From the NCBI GenBank assembly GCA_039816785.1, contig JBCBXB010000016.1, forward strand, positions 4,784 to 68,783: DNA of 64,000 nt, in the 5' to 3' direction. This stretch comes from Pseudomonadota bacterium. GTDB taxonomy: Bacteria; Pseudomonadota; Alphaproteobacteria; Rhodobacterales; Rhodobacteraceae. The position numbers and the translations under genes were made by a program. Within the stretch, counting starts at the first letter, position 1, and each line of letters begins with the position of its first letter. The notes beneath the pieces are model-generated. The model saw only the letters and a list, made by a program, of their open reading frames with translations, was not told the origin of the DNA and did not search any database. Positions 8,810 through 17,974 of this stretch are shown piece by piece.

Positions 8810-9280
8810 TCAGCGAAACGGATACATCCAGACCTTGTAATCAACGACCAGAATATGCGCCCGATCAATCTCGTCCTGCGTCATCTTCTTGACCACTTCC
8901 TCCAGCGAAATGGCCGCGTCCGGGTCGCCGCCGATGGCGCTCAGCGTGTACCACATATAGGCGCGCACGAGGTCCGGGGCAGGCATGCCGCGCCCGACCT
9001 CATAGTACCAGCCGACGCCCGACTGGGCACCCGGGTGCCCCTTCATGGACGACCGCAGATACCACTCGAATGCCCGCTCGTCGTCCCGCTCGACCCCAAG
9101 GCCGAGGGCATACATCACGCCGATCAGCTCTTCGGCATCCGCGTTGCCCGACCGCGCAGCGGGCCAAAGGGCGTCATAGGCCGCCTCATAGGCGCCCGCC
9201 TCCATCAGATCGCGCGCCTCCTCGATCTCTGCCGCTGCGGGAAGGGCGAGAAAACAAAGGGCTATGGCAAGTTTCTTCAT
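8810..9280 (-). CDS. Secreted Sel1-like (TPR-family) repeat protein
   Basis: Internal ATG at 9280 preceded by GAGGAGGAG. 156 aa with signal peptide MKKLAIALCFLALPAAA and Sel1-type repeats (IGVMYALGLGVERDDERAFEWY..., VGWYYEVGRGMP). Confidence 0.75.
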   Translation of the reverse strand: MKKLAIALCFLALPAAAEIEEARDLMEAGAYEAAYDALWPAARSGNADAEELIGVMYALGLGVERDDERAFEWYLRSSMKGHPGAQSGVGWYYEVGRGMPAPDLVRAYMWYTLSAIGGDPDAAISLEEVVKKMTQDEIDRAHILVVDYKVWMYPFR

Positions 9281-9319
9281 GTACTCCTCCTCGCGGCGAC
9301 GCCGGCCTTTGCGACTGAT

Positions 9320-10639
9320 GTGCCGCGTCCACTCACCCCGGATGATTTCATCACGCCCGACCCTGCGCAAGCCAAACTGGGCCAGCTGCTGTTCTACGAC
9401 CGCATCCTGTCGGGCAACCGCAACATCGCCTGTTCGACCTGTCACCACCCCGATCTGGGCACCGGCGACGGGCTGAGCCTCGGCATCGGCGAAGGGGGCG
9501 AGGGCCTTGGCCCGCAGCGCACCGCCGGCACCGGCGACGACCGCATCCGCAAGCGAATCGCGCGCAACGCGCCGGGTCTGTGGAACCTCGGCGCCCGCGA
9601 CCTGCACGTGATGTTCCATGACGGGCGGTTGAGCATCGCGGATACCTACGAGAACGGGTTCAACTCACCCGCCGAAGAGTGGCTGCCCGAAGGCCTCGAC
9701 AACCTGCTGGCCGCACAGGCGATCTTTCCGCTGGTGGCGCAGTTCGAGATGGCCGGCAACCCCAGGGAAAACGAGGTCGCGGGTGCCGTGCATAACCGGA
9801 TCGACTATGCTTGGCCGATCCTGACCGACCGCGTGCGCCACATCCCCGCCTATGCCGACGCGTTCAGCGCCGCGTTCGACCATATCGACGGGCCCAACGA
9901 CATCACCATCGCCGACATCGCCAATGCGCTGTCGGCCTTCATGATCTTCGAGTGGACCAGCATAGACAGCCCTTTTGACGCCTACCTCAAAGGCGACACA
10001 GACGCGCTGACGGGGCCCCAACAAGCGGGGATGAAGCTGTTTTACGGCGACGCGGGCTGCGCTACCTGCCACAGCGGGCCGCTGATGTCGGATCAGGGGT
10101 TTCACGCCATCGGCCTGCCACCCTTTGGTCCCGGGCGCACGCGCCGCTTTGATCCGATGGTGCGCGATGTCGGCCATATGGGGGAAAGCGACCGGCTCGC
10201 GGGTGCCTACGCCTTTCGGACCCCGATGCTGCGCAATGTGGCGATCACCGCGCCTTATGGGCACAACGGGGCCTATCCGACGCTCGAAGGGATCGTGCGC
10301 CACCACCTGAACCCCGCCGGGGCGTTGGACATATGGCAACCGGAACAGGCGGCGCTGCCCGATGTGCCCTGGCTTGCGGCGATCGACTTCATGGTCTGGC
10401 AGGATCCGCGCGAGATGGCGCGGCAGCGCGCGGCGGTTGGCATCACGCCTGTGCAGCTGTCGGATAATGAGGTCGACGCCATCGTCCAGTTCCTGCACGC
10501 CCTCACCGGCAATTCCGCGCATACCGGCCTCTTCGGTATCCCGGACACTGTCCCGAGTGGCCTTCCCGTCGACCACACCCGTCAGAGCAACGCAGCCCCG
10601 TCTCTGTCCCTTAAAAATCCCCCCCGGAGGGCCGACTAG
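9320..10639 (+). CDS. Di-haem cytochrome c peroxidase (CCP/MauG family); start codon unresolved
   Basis: Two CXXCH motifs (CSTCHH, CATCHS) and CCP family motifs. The first canonical in-frame start is GTG at 9320, but a signal-peptide-like tail (VLLLAATPAFA) is encoded upstream with no canonical start. The C-terminal 13 codons run into repeat T1-a. Confidence 0.7.
   Translation: MPRPLTPDDFITPDPAQAKLGQLLFYDRILSGNRNIACSTCHHPDLGTGDGLSLGIGEGGEGLGPQRTAGTGDDRIRKRIARNAPGLWNLGARDLHVMFHDGRLSIADTYENGFNSPAEEWLPEGLDNLLAAQAIFPLVAQFEMAGNPRENEVAGAVHNRIDYAWPILTDRVRHIPAYADAFSAAFDHIDGPNDITIADIANALSAFMIFEWTSIDSPFDAYLKGDTDALTGPQQAGMKLFYGDAGCATCHSGPLMSDQGFHAIGLPPFGPGRTRRFDPMVRDVGHMGESDRLAGAYAFRTPMLRNVAITAPYGHNGAYPTLEGIVRHHLNPAGALDIWQPEQAALPDVPWLAAIDFMVWQDPREMARQRAAVGITPVQLSDNEVDAIVQFLHALTGNSAHTGLFGIPDTVPSGLPVDHTRQSNAAPSLSLKNPPRRAD
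10598..10636 (-). repeat. Terminator-like repeat T1, copy a (CCGTCTCTGTCCC-TTAAAAATCCCCCCCGGAGGG on + strand)
   Basis: One of 6 copies sharing the 13-nt box GGGACAGAGACGG. In minus sense it lies 37 nt downstream of the CaiD-like gene stop as a short GC hairpin, a T-run and then the box. Confidence 0.7.
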
Positions 10640-10673
10640 CCCCCGCGCACGCCGTTGCAGATCCGGGTGCCGC

Positions 10674-11459
10674 CTATTTCCCCTTCCAGACCGGGTCACG
10701 CTTTTCGGCAAAGGCGCGCGCGCCCTCCAGCTGATCTTCGGAGCGGTAAAGCGTCTCGACCGTGTCCAGCTTGCTTTGCGTGATCCGGTTCATCGCGTCC
10801 TGAAATTTGCTGTCCTCGGCATCGCGCACGATCTCCTTGATCGCCGCGTAGACAAGCGGCGGGCCGGACGCGATCAGGCGGGCCAGCTCCCGGGTGCGGT
10901 CCATCAGCTGGTCGCCCGGCACAACCTCGTTGATCAGACCCCAGCGATGCCCTTCGTCCGCGTCGAACCAGCGCCCGGTCAGCAGCAACTCCATCGCGAT
11001 GTGGTAGGGGATGCGCTTGGGCAGCTTGACGCTGGCCGCGTCCGCCACCGTGCCGGACCGGATCTCGGGCAGGGCAAAGGTCGCGTGATCGGCGGCGATG
11101 ATCATGTCCGCGCTCAGCGCCAGCTCAAGCCCGCCGCCGCAGGCAATACCGTTCACCGCCGCCAGCACCGGCTTGTTGAGCCCGCGCAGCTCCTGCAACC
11201 CGCCAAAGCCGCCCACGCCGTAATCCCCATCGACTGCGTCGCCATCTGCAGCCGCCTTGAGGTCCCAGCCGGGGGAAAAGAACCGCTCCCCCGATCCGGT
11301 GATGATCGCGACCCGCAATGCCGGGTCGTCACGAAAGGCACGGAACGTCTCGCCCATGATGCGGCTGGTGGCGAGGTCGATGGCGTTCGCCTTGGGCCGG
11401 TCCAGCGTCACCTCCAGAATGCTGCCGTCGATGCGGGTCTTGATGGGGCTGTCGGTCAT
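10674..11459 (-). CDS. Enoyl-CoA hydratase, CaiD-like (carnitinyl-CoA dehydratase / crotonobetainyl-CoA hydratase family)
   Basis: ATG at 11459. 261 aa. From memory it is collinear with E. coli CaiD (ILEVTLDRPKANAID..., RVAIITG.GE.FFS.GWDLKAAA, C-terminal AFAEKRDPVWKG). Confidence 0.8.
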   Translation of the reverse strand: MTDSPIKTRIDGSILEVTLDRPKANAIDLATSRIMGETFRAFRDDPALRVAIITGSGERFFSPGWDLKAAADGDAVDGDYGVGGFGGLQELRGLNKPVLAAVNGIACGGGLELALSADMIIAADHATFALPEIRSGTVADAASVKLPKRIPYHIAMELLLTGRWFDADEGHRWGLINEVVPGDQLMDRTRELARLIASGPPLVYAAIKEIVRDAEDSKFQDAMNRITQSKLDTVETLYRSEDQLEGARAFAEKRDPVWKGK

Positions 11460-11521
11460 GGCTCTTTCCGTTCTGGTCAATGGGTGGTTGCGGGCCAGAG
11501 TGCTGCGGTCCTGCGCATCGC

Positions 11522-13537
11522 TCAAGCCTCCTTGAGTGTGCACAGCAGGGCATCGACGGCCACCGCCCGGGTTGGGGTGCAGAGCAGCGGGTTCACCTCC
11601 ACCTCCTGCACCACGTCGCGATGGGCCCTGACATAGTCCTGCAGCGCCAGCACGGCCGCCAAGATCGCGTCCTCAGACGCGGCAGGTTGCCCGCGATAGC
11701 CCGCCAGCAGGGGTGCCACGCGCAGCCGTCCCAGCGCGCCGTGGATGTCCGGCGGCGTCACCGGCAGCAGCAACGACACCGTATCGCGCATCAGTTCGGT
11801 CAGCACCCCGCCCGCCCCCAGCGTCAGGACAAAGCCGTGCGCCGGGTCCCGGATCACACCGATCAGCAGTTCGGCCACAGCACCCTCGATCATCTCCTCG
11901 ATCAGGACCGTCCGCGTCCCCACAGCCTGCGCCGCCGCCGCGGCCTCTGCCACAGGAACCCCCAGACGCACCGCGTCGGCTTCGGTCTTGTGCGCCAGCC
12001 CCGTGCCCTTGACCGCCAGCAATCCGTCGAACCGCGCCGCCGCCTCCGCCGCATCCTGCACCGCACACAGGACGGTGCGCGGCGTGTCCATCCCGTGCTC
12101 CGCCAGCGCTGCCTTGGCCACGGCCTCGTCCCCGGTCCGCAAGCCATCCGCCGGCAGCGCAGGCGCGGGCCAAAGAGCATCCCCATGCGGCGCACCAACA
12201 CGCGCCGCAGACTCCGCCGCCGCCAGCGCCTCATTCAAGCCGCAAAGCGGCACAACCCCGCCCGCCATCAATGCAGCAGCGGTCGCGGGCGGCATCAGCT
12301 CCGGCAGGCTCGCGACAATGGCAAAGGGCCGCTGCGTCTGCGCGCGCACGGCCAGTGCCGCCTCCACCGTGCAGGACCACGCCGTGGGATCCGTGTGCGG
12401 ATAGTCGACTACCGACAGTGTCAGGTCGATGCCGGGGCCGGTCATCGCCGCCCAGGCCTGCGTCATCGCCGGCACATCGCCCCAGACATAGGTGTGATAA
12501 TCGAGCGGGTTGCTCAAAGCCACCAGCGGGCCAAGGGCCGCGCGTAACGCCTCCTGTTGCGCCTCCTCCAGCGGTGGCAGGACAACATCCCGCGCCGCCG
12601 CCATATCCGCGACAAGGCTCGCCTCACCCCCCGAGCAGCTGATCGACGCCAACCGATTGCCCCCCAGCGGCCCTACGCAGTTCAGCAACTTCAGCGTCTC
12701 GAGGAAATCGGTCAGCACGCCCACCCGCGCAAATCCCAAACGGTCCAGCAGCGCCTGGGCGCCCGCATCCGACCCGGCCAGCGACGCCGTGTGCGACAGT
12801 GCCGCCTCCCGCGCCTGATCTGACGCGCCGACCTTGAGCGCCACGACCGGCACCCCCCTGTCATGAGCCAAACGGGCAAACGCCTCCCATTCCGCGATGT
12901 CACCAAACCCTTCGACATGCAGCCCGATGGCGGTCACCCGCGGGTCGTCCAGCAGTGCTGCCGCCAGCCGCGCCTGACTGGTCTGGGCCATGTTTCCGCC
13001 GGTGATCACATAGGCAATCGGCAACCCGCGCTGCTGCATGGTCAGGTTGATCGCAATGTTCGAACTTTGGGTCAGGATCGCCACACCTCGCGCCACCGGC
13101 ACGCAGCCATGCTGGTCCGGCCACAGCAGGGCAGCATCCAGCGCATTAATGAACCCATAGCAATTGGGCCCAAGGATCGGCATGTCACCCGCCGCGCGCA
13201 CCAGCGCCGCCTGCAGGTCCGTCGCCGCGCCGTCCTCCGCCTCCGCCTCGGCAAAGCCGGAGGCAAAGCACACCGCCCCACCGGCCCCCATCTGCGCCAG
13301 CGCGCTGACCACATCCACCGTCGCCTGCCGGTTCACCCCGACAAACACCGCATCCGGCGCGGCGGGCAGGTCCTCTACGGACGGAAACGCGCGGTGCCCC
13401 GTAACCTCAATGGCGCGCGGATGCACCGGCCAGATCGCCCCGTCAAAGCCCATCTTCTCGGCCTGCGCGATCACCGACGCACACCAGACCCCGCCACCCA
13501 CAACCGCAATCGATCTCGGGCGCAACAACCGCCGCAA
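11522..13537 (-). CDS. ADP-forming acyl-CoA synthetase (fused CoA-binding and ATP-grasp domains; acetate--CoA ligase family)
   Basis: N-terminal motif RPRSIAVVGGG. Large two-domain architecture. TTG start at 13537 is preferred because the ATG at 13717 would overlap the upstream acyl-CoA dehydrogenase gene by 89 nt and translate repeat T1-b. Confidence 0.75.
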   Translation of the reverse strand: MRRLLRPRSIAVVGGGVWCASVIAQAEKMGFDGAIWPVHPRAIEVTGHRAFPSVEDLPAAPDAVFVGVNRQATVDVVSALAQMGAGGAVCFASGFAEAEAEDGAATDLQAALVRAAGDMPILGPNCYGFINALDAALLWPDQHGCVPVARGVAILTQSSNIAINLTMQQRGLPIAYVITGGNMAQTSQARLAAALLDDPRVTAIGLHVEGFGDIAEWEAFARLAHDRGVPVVALKVGASDQAREAALSHTASLAGSDAGAQALLDRLGFARVGVLTDFLETLKLLNCVGPLGGNRLASISCSGGEASLVADMAAARDVVLPPLEEAQQEALRAALGPLVALSNPLDYHTYVWGDVPAMTQAWAAMTGPGIDLTLSVVDYPHTDPTAWSCTVEAALAVRAQTQRPFAIVASLPELMPPATAAALMAGGVVPLCGLNEALAAAESAARVGAPHGDALWPAPALPADGLRTGDEAVAKAALAEHGMDTPRTVLCAVQDAAEAAARFDGLLAVKGTGLAHKTEADAVRLGVPVAEAAAAAQAVGTRTVLIEEMIEGAVAELLIGVIRDPAHGFVLTLGAGGVLTELMRDTVSLLLPVTPPDIHGALGRLRVAPLLAGYRGQPAASEDAILAAVLALQDYVRAHRDVVQEVEVNPLLCTPTRAVAVDALLCTLKEA

Positions 13538-13542
13538 CCCGT

Positions 13543-13618
13543 CCGTCTCTGTCCCGAAAAAATCCCGGGGAGCGCGAGGGGCTGGCCCCTCGCTCCTGTC
13601 GGATGAGCCTGGCTCATT
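13543..13618 (-). repeat. Terminator-like repeat T1, copy b, with two extra hairpins
   Basis: CCGTCTCTGTCCC-GAAAAAATCCCGGGG, then GAGCGCGAGGGGC-TGG-CCCCTCGCTC and TGAGCC-T-GGCTCA stems. Lies between the acyl-CoA dehydrogenase stop and the synthetase start. Confidence 0.7.
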
Positions 13619-13628
13619 CGAACCCAAT

Positions 13629-14789
13629 TCAGGCCCCCAACGGCCGCAGCAAATCGCGGCTGATGATGTGGCGCTGAATCTCCGACGTGCCGTCCCAGAT
13701 GCGTTCGACCCGCGCATCGCGCCAGAACCGCTCGATCGGGAAATCGTCCATCAGCCCCATGCCGCCATAGATCTGCAAGGTCGTGTCGGTCACCCGCGCC
13801 AGCATCTCGGAGGCATAGAGTTTGGCCGACGCAATCTCCCGGTTCGCGGGCAGGCGCTCGTCCAGCCGCCAGGCGGCGGCCAGTGTCAGCCAGTCGGCGG
13901 CGTCGATCTCGGTCACCATGTCGGCGATCTGAAAGCCCACGCCCTGGAACTTGCCGATAGGCTGGCCGAACTGCTTGCGCTCGGCGGCATAGCTCAGCGC
14001 ATAGTCAAAGCACCGCTGCGCCCGCCCGACGGAGAACGCGGCGACCGTCAGCCGGGTGGCATACAGCCACTCGTTCATCACCGCAAAGCCGCCATCGACG
14101 TCGCCCAGCACCTGCGCGTCCGGCAGGCGGCAATCAGTGAAATCGAGGATGCAATTCTTGTAGCCCCGGTGGCTGACCGACGCATACCCGTCGCGCACCT
14201 CGAACCCCTTCGTGCCGCGATCCACGAGGAACGTGGTGATCCGTTTCTTGGGCCCCTTTGGTGTCTCATCCACGCCGGTGGCAATGAAAACGATAAAGAA
14301 ATCAGCGTGCTCCGCCCCCGAGATGAAGTGTTTCGAGCCGTTGATGACCCAATCACCCCCGTCCCGCACCGCGCTGCACTTCATCCCGCGCACATCCGAT
14401 CCCGCGTCCGGTTCGGTCATGGCCAGCGCATCCATCCGCTCACCCCGCACAGCGGGCAGCAGATAGCGTTCGCGCTGTTCAGCGTTGCACGCCATCAGAA
14501 TATTCTGGGGCCTGCCAAAGAAATGCGTGAGCGCCATGGACCCGCGGCCCAGCTCACGCTCCACCAGCGTGAAATCCAGATGGCTGAGACCCGCGCCGCC
14601 CACCTCTTCGGGAAAGTTGCAGGCGTAAAAGCCCATCTCGATGACCTTGCGCTTGATCTCCTGACCCAGCTCGCGCGGCACCTCGCCTGACCGCTCGACA
14701 GCGGCCTCGTGGGGAAAAATCTCGTTCTCCACAAAGCTGCGCACGGTGGAGACGATCATCTCCTGTTCCTGGCTCAGTCCGAACTGCAT
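13629..14789 (-). CDS. Acyl-CoA dehydrogenase
   Basis: 386 aa with typical ACAD motifs (ALAMTEPDAGSD, YASEMLARV...QIYGGMG). Confidence 0.9.
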   Translation of the reverse strand: MQFGLSQEQEMIVSTVRSFVENEIFPHEAAVERSGEVPRELGQEIKRKVIEMGFYACNFPEEVGGAGLSHLDFTLVERELGRGSMALTHFFGRPQNILMACNAEQRERYLLPAVRGERMDALAMTEPDAGSDVRGMKCSAVRDGGDWVINGSKHFISGAEHADFFIVFIATGVDETPKGPKKRITTFLVDRGTKGFEVRDGYASVSHRGYKNCILDFTDCRLPDAQVLGDVDGGFAVMNEWLYATRLTVAAFSVGRAQRCFDYALSYAAERKQFGQPIGKFQGVGFQIADMVTEIDAADWLTLAAAWRLDERLPANREIASAKLYASEMLARVTDTTLQIYGGMGLMDDFPIERFWRDARVERIWDGTSEIQRHIISRDLLRPLGA

Positions 14790-14871
14790 GTGGTCCTTCC
14801 CTGTCCTGTGGCGCCAGCAAAGCGCAGATTGCCGCGTACTGCCGCCTCGGTTTGCGACGCATCGGGTGTCG

Positions 14872-16551
14872 TTATCGGTGCGTCTGCGTCTGGGCCTGCC
14901 CCGCGGCGCGCATGGCGCTCAATGTCATGCGGGGCGTGAGCGCTTCGGCGGATATGGCGAGGTCCAGCACCGCACCGGTGGGCGAGGCCAGCGCCCGGGC
15001 AAAGGCTGCGGCAAAATCCTCCGTCCGCGCGACCTGTTCGCCGTGGAACCCATGGGCGCGGGCCAGGGCTGCAAAATCCGGGCTGACCATGTCGGTGCCC
15101 GACACACGGGCCGGGTAGTGGCGTTCCTGATGCGCCCGGATGGTGCCGTAGACCCCGTTGTTGAGGATCAGGATCACAGGGCAGGCAACGGCCTGCCGTG
15201 CGGTGGCAAGCTCCTGACCTGTCATCTGAAAATCGCCATCCCCGGCAAAGCAGATCACCGTGCGGTCCGGGGCGGCCAGCTTGGCCGCGATGGCTGCGGG
15301 CACGCCGTACCCCATCGCGCCCGATTGCGGAGCGAGCAGGCGCTGGTGCGGCCCGAAACAGAAATGCTTGTTGGGCCAGATCGCGAAATTGCCCGCCCCG
15401 TTGGTGAGGATTGCATCCTCGGGCAGCGTGGCCTGCAAATGCGCCATCACCGCCGCCATATCGACGGGCGAGGGCTGGGGCGGGGCGGTCAGGCCCGCCG
15501 CGTAATCGCTGCGCCCTGCGGCGCGCCAGTCGGCCCACGGGCCCTGCACCGAGCCCGTCGCGGCAAGGGCGGCGGCAAACGCGCCGGGGTCCGCGTGGAT
15601 GCCCAATGCGGGCTGATACACCTTGCCCAGTTCGGTGTCGGAGCCGTGCACATGGATCAGCGATTGTGCGGGCAACGGCACGTCGAGCAGCGTGTAGCCA
15701 TCGGTGGAGTTCTCGCCAAACCGGGGGCCCAGTGCGAGGATCACATCGGCCTCGGCCATCATGCGCTTGACCCAAGGGACCATGCCCACGCCGGCCTCGC
15801 CGATAAAGCTGGGCGAGTTGTTGTCGAACTGGTCCTGATAGCGGAACACGGCCGCCACCGGGATGTCCGAGGCTTCGGCGAAACCCTGCAACGCGGCGCG
15901 GCCTGCGTCGGTCCAGTGACTGCCTGCGTAGAGGATCAGCGGACGCTGTGCGCCGACCAGCATCTCATGCGCTTGAGCGACAGCGTCGGGGGCCGGGTGT
16001 GGCCTGTGCACAGGCGCGAGCGCGGGCAGCGGGGCGGCGTCCGTGAGGGTCGTCAGCATATCCTCGGGCAGGGCGACGACGACAGGGCCGGGACGGCCCG
16101 TGTTGGCGGTGACCCAGGCGCGGGCGACGATCTCGGGGATGCGGTGGGCGTCGTCAACCTCGACCGCCCATTTGGCGATGGGGCCAAAAACCGCCTTGTA
16201 GTCAAGCTCCTGAAAGGCCTCGCGCCCCTTCATATACGTGGCGACCTGACCCACGAAAAGGATCATCGGGCTGCTGTCCTGCATCGCCGTGTGCACCCCG
16301 ATGGAGGCGTTGGTGGCCCCCGGGCCGCGCGTGACCAGACAGATACCCGGCGCGCCCGTCAGCTTACCCCACGCAGCGGCCATGAAGGCGGCGCCCCCCT
16401 CGTGGCGGCACAGCACAAAGTCGAGCGCGCCGCTTGTGTCGTGCAGCGCGTCGAGCACGGCGAGGTAGCTTTCGCCCGGCACGCCAAAGGCCTTGGTCGC
16501 GCCCAGACCGCGCAGGCAATCGACCAGCAGATGTCCTCCGATACGGGCCAT
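14872..16551 (-). CDS. Thiamine-diphosphate-dependent enzyme, acetolactate-synthase-like
   Basis: ATG at 16551. 559 aa. Motifs include FGVPGESYLAVLDAL, GPGATNASIGV and the ThDP motif GDGDFQM...NNG. Confidence 0.85.
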   Translation of the reverse strand: MARIGGHLLVDCLRGLGATKAFGVPGESYLAVLDALHDTSGALDFVLCRHEGGAAFMAAAWGKLTGAPGICLVTRGPGATNASIGVHTAMQDSSPMILFVGQVATYMKGREAFQELDYKAVFGPIAKWAVEVDDAHRIPEIVARAWVTANTGRPGPVVVALPEDMLTTLTDAAPLPALAPVHRPHPAPDAVAQAHEMLVGAQRPLILYAGSHWTDAGRAALQGFAEASDIPVAAVFRYQDQFDNNSPSFIGEAGVGMVPWVKRMMAEADVILALGPRFGENSTDGYTLLDVPLPAQSLIHVHGSDTELGKVYQPALGIHADPGAFAAALAATGSVQGPWADWRAAGRSDYAAGLTAPPQPSPVDMAAVMAHLQATLPEDAILTNGAGNFAIWPNKHFCFGPHQRLLAPQSGAMGYGVPAAIAAKLAAPDRTVICFAGDGDFQMTGQELATARQAVACPVILILNNGVYGTIRAHQERHYPARVSGTDMVSPDFAALARAHGFHGEQVARTEDFAAAFARALASPTGAVLDLAISAEALTPRMTLSAMRAAGQAQTQTHR

Positions 16552-16634
16552 GCGCGTCCTCCCCTTTTGCGCCAGTTGTGCGCGGCTGCGCGGCAGATGC
16601 AAGTGTGATAAGGCTAGGGCAAAGGAGTTTGCCT

Positions 16635-17144
16635 ATGCTGCTGGACACCCCCGTTTGCAACTTTGGCTGGCAGGGCCCGGATTTCACCCTGCCGGATACC
16701 CAAGGTACCCTGCACCGGATGCGCGATTACCTGACCGACAAGGGGCTGCTGGTCGCGTTCATCTGCAACCATTGCCCTTATGTGATGCGCATCGCCGATC
16801 AGCTGGCGGTGGATGCGGGCGCATTGCTGGATGAGGGCGTCGGGGTGCTGGCGGTGATGTCCAATGACTATGACGCCTACCCGGCGGACCGGCCCGAAGA
16901 GATGGTCCGCTTTGCCAGCGCGCACGGGTTCCGCTTTCCCTATCTGGTGGACGCGGATCAGGCTGTGGCGCGCAGCTATGATGCTGTTTGCACACCGGAT
17001 TTCTTTGGCTTTGACGGTGGTGGCGGGCTGCAATATCGCGGGCGCATGGCGGATTTGCTGGCGGGCATGCGGCAGGTGGCGGCGACCGGCCACGGGCCGG
17101 CAGAGCAGGTGGCGTCGATGGGGTGTTCGATCAAGTGGCGCTGA
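16635..17144 (+). CDS. Thioredoxin-fold protein (AhpC/TSA-like thiol-disulfide oxidoreductase)
   Basis: ATG at 16635 preceded by AAAGGAG. 169 aa with a CNHCPY redox motif. Confidence 0.8.
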   Translation: MLLDTPVCNFGWQGPDFTLPDTQGTLHRMRDYLTDKGLLVAFICNHCPYVMRIADQLAVDAGALLDEGVGVLAVMSNDYDAYPADRPEEMVRFASAHGFRFPYLVDADQAVARSYDAVCTPDFFGFDGGGGLQYRGRMADLLAGMRQVAATGHGPAEQVASMGCSIKWR

Positions 17145-17165
17145 GCGGTGCCTTTGGCTGATCAG

Positions 17166-17199
17166 CCCTTCGGGGAGGATTTTTTGGGGACAGAGACGG
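17166..17199 (+). repeat. Terminator-like repeat T1, copy c (CCCTTCGGGGAGG-ATTTTTT-GGGGACAGAGACGG)
   Basis: Lies 22 nt downstream of the thioredoxin-like gene stop, in the same sense as that gene. Confidence 0.7.
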
Positions 17200-17206
17200 T
17201 TGGGGC

Positions 17207-17974
17207 CTAGCGGATCTGACGCTCGGCCTTCCAGTTTTTCCATTGGGTTTCGGTGCCGTTGAAGGCGTTGATGTCGATGTCACCGGGCGTGCCGGGTAGG
17301 GTGCCGGTCGCGGTGTACTGCCAGAACCGCCAGGGCTGGCCGGGATAGGCCTGCCGGGGCGTCTTGGCGGTGGTGCGCAGCCAGAATTCGTAGCCTTGCA
17401 AGCGGTTTAGCTGGGCGTCCTTGTAGAAGCCGGGTGTGGTGTAGATCAGCGGGCGCTGGCCGTAATGCGCGGTCACGATGTCCAGCCAGCGCTGCATTTC
17501 GGCGCGGATGGTGGCGGCGTCGGGGCGGCGCTGGCAGGTGGGAGAAAAGGGGTTCCACTCCATGTCGAGCACCGGGGGCAGGCTGCCCCGTGTGCGGGGC
17601 ACGTTGCGGATGAACCATTGGGCTTGCACCTCTGGCGCGGTGCAGAAATAGTAGAAATGGTAGGCGCCGCGGGCGATGTCGGCGCGGTCCGCGCCGCGCC
17701 AGTGGTCGCGGAATTTGGGGTCAAGCAGATCGCCGCCTTCGGTCGCCTTGAGGAACACGAACTCGATCCCCACGGCCTTGGCGCGGGGCCAATCCACGTA
17801 TTGCTGAAAGCGGGCGGCGTCCATGCCGCGCACGGGCAGCCGGGTGGGTTGGGTGCCTGCAAATTGCACCGGAGCGCTGTCGCCAATGACCATCGGGCCG
17901 ATGGGGAACGGGGGCGGCGGCGCGGCGCAGGCGGCAAGCAGGAGCAGCAGGAGTGCGGCGGCGCGGCGGATCAT
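17207..17974 (-). CDS. Secreted glycoside hydrolase family 25 muramidase (lysozyme)
   Basis: ATG at 17974 overlaps the upstream stop (ATGA). Signal peptide MIRRAAALLLLLLAACAAP. GH25 motifs include GIEFVFLKATEG and GAYHFY. Confidence 0.8.
   Translation of the reverse strand: MIRRAAALLLLLLAACAAPPPPFPIGPMVIGDSAPVQFAGTQPTRLPVRGMDAARFQQYVDWPRAKAVGIEFVFLKATEGGDLLDPKFRDHWRGADRADIARGAYHFYYFCTAPEVQAQWFIRNVPRTRGSLPPVLDMEWNPFSPTCQRRPDAATIRAEMQRWLDIVTAHYGQRPLIYTTPGFYKDAQLNRLQGYEFWLRTTAKTPRQAYPGQPWRFWQYTATGTLPGTPGDIDINAFNGTETQWKNWKAERQIR

Noticed and set aside
8294-9319. Upstream 342 codons of the 781-aa ORF that contains the cytochrome c peroxidase.
   Set aside because: This stretch is antisense to the SDR and Sel1 genes and has junk-like composition. 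The recognisable CCP sequence only begins around 9283.
13538-13717. N-terminal 60-codon extension of the ADP-forming acyl-CoA synthetase ORF, starting at the ATG at 13717.
   Set aside because: It would overlap the acyl-CoA dehydrogenase gene by 89 nt and translate the T1-b repeat and hairpins. The conserved RPRSIAVVGGG N-terminus follows the TTG at 13537 directly.
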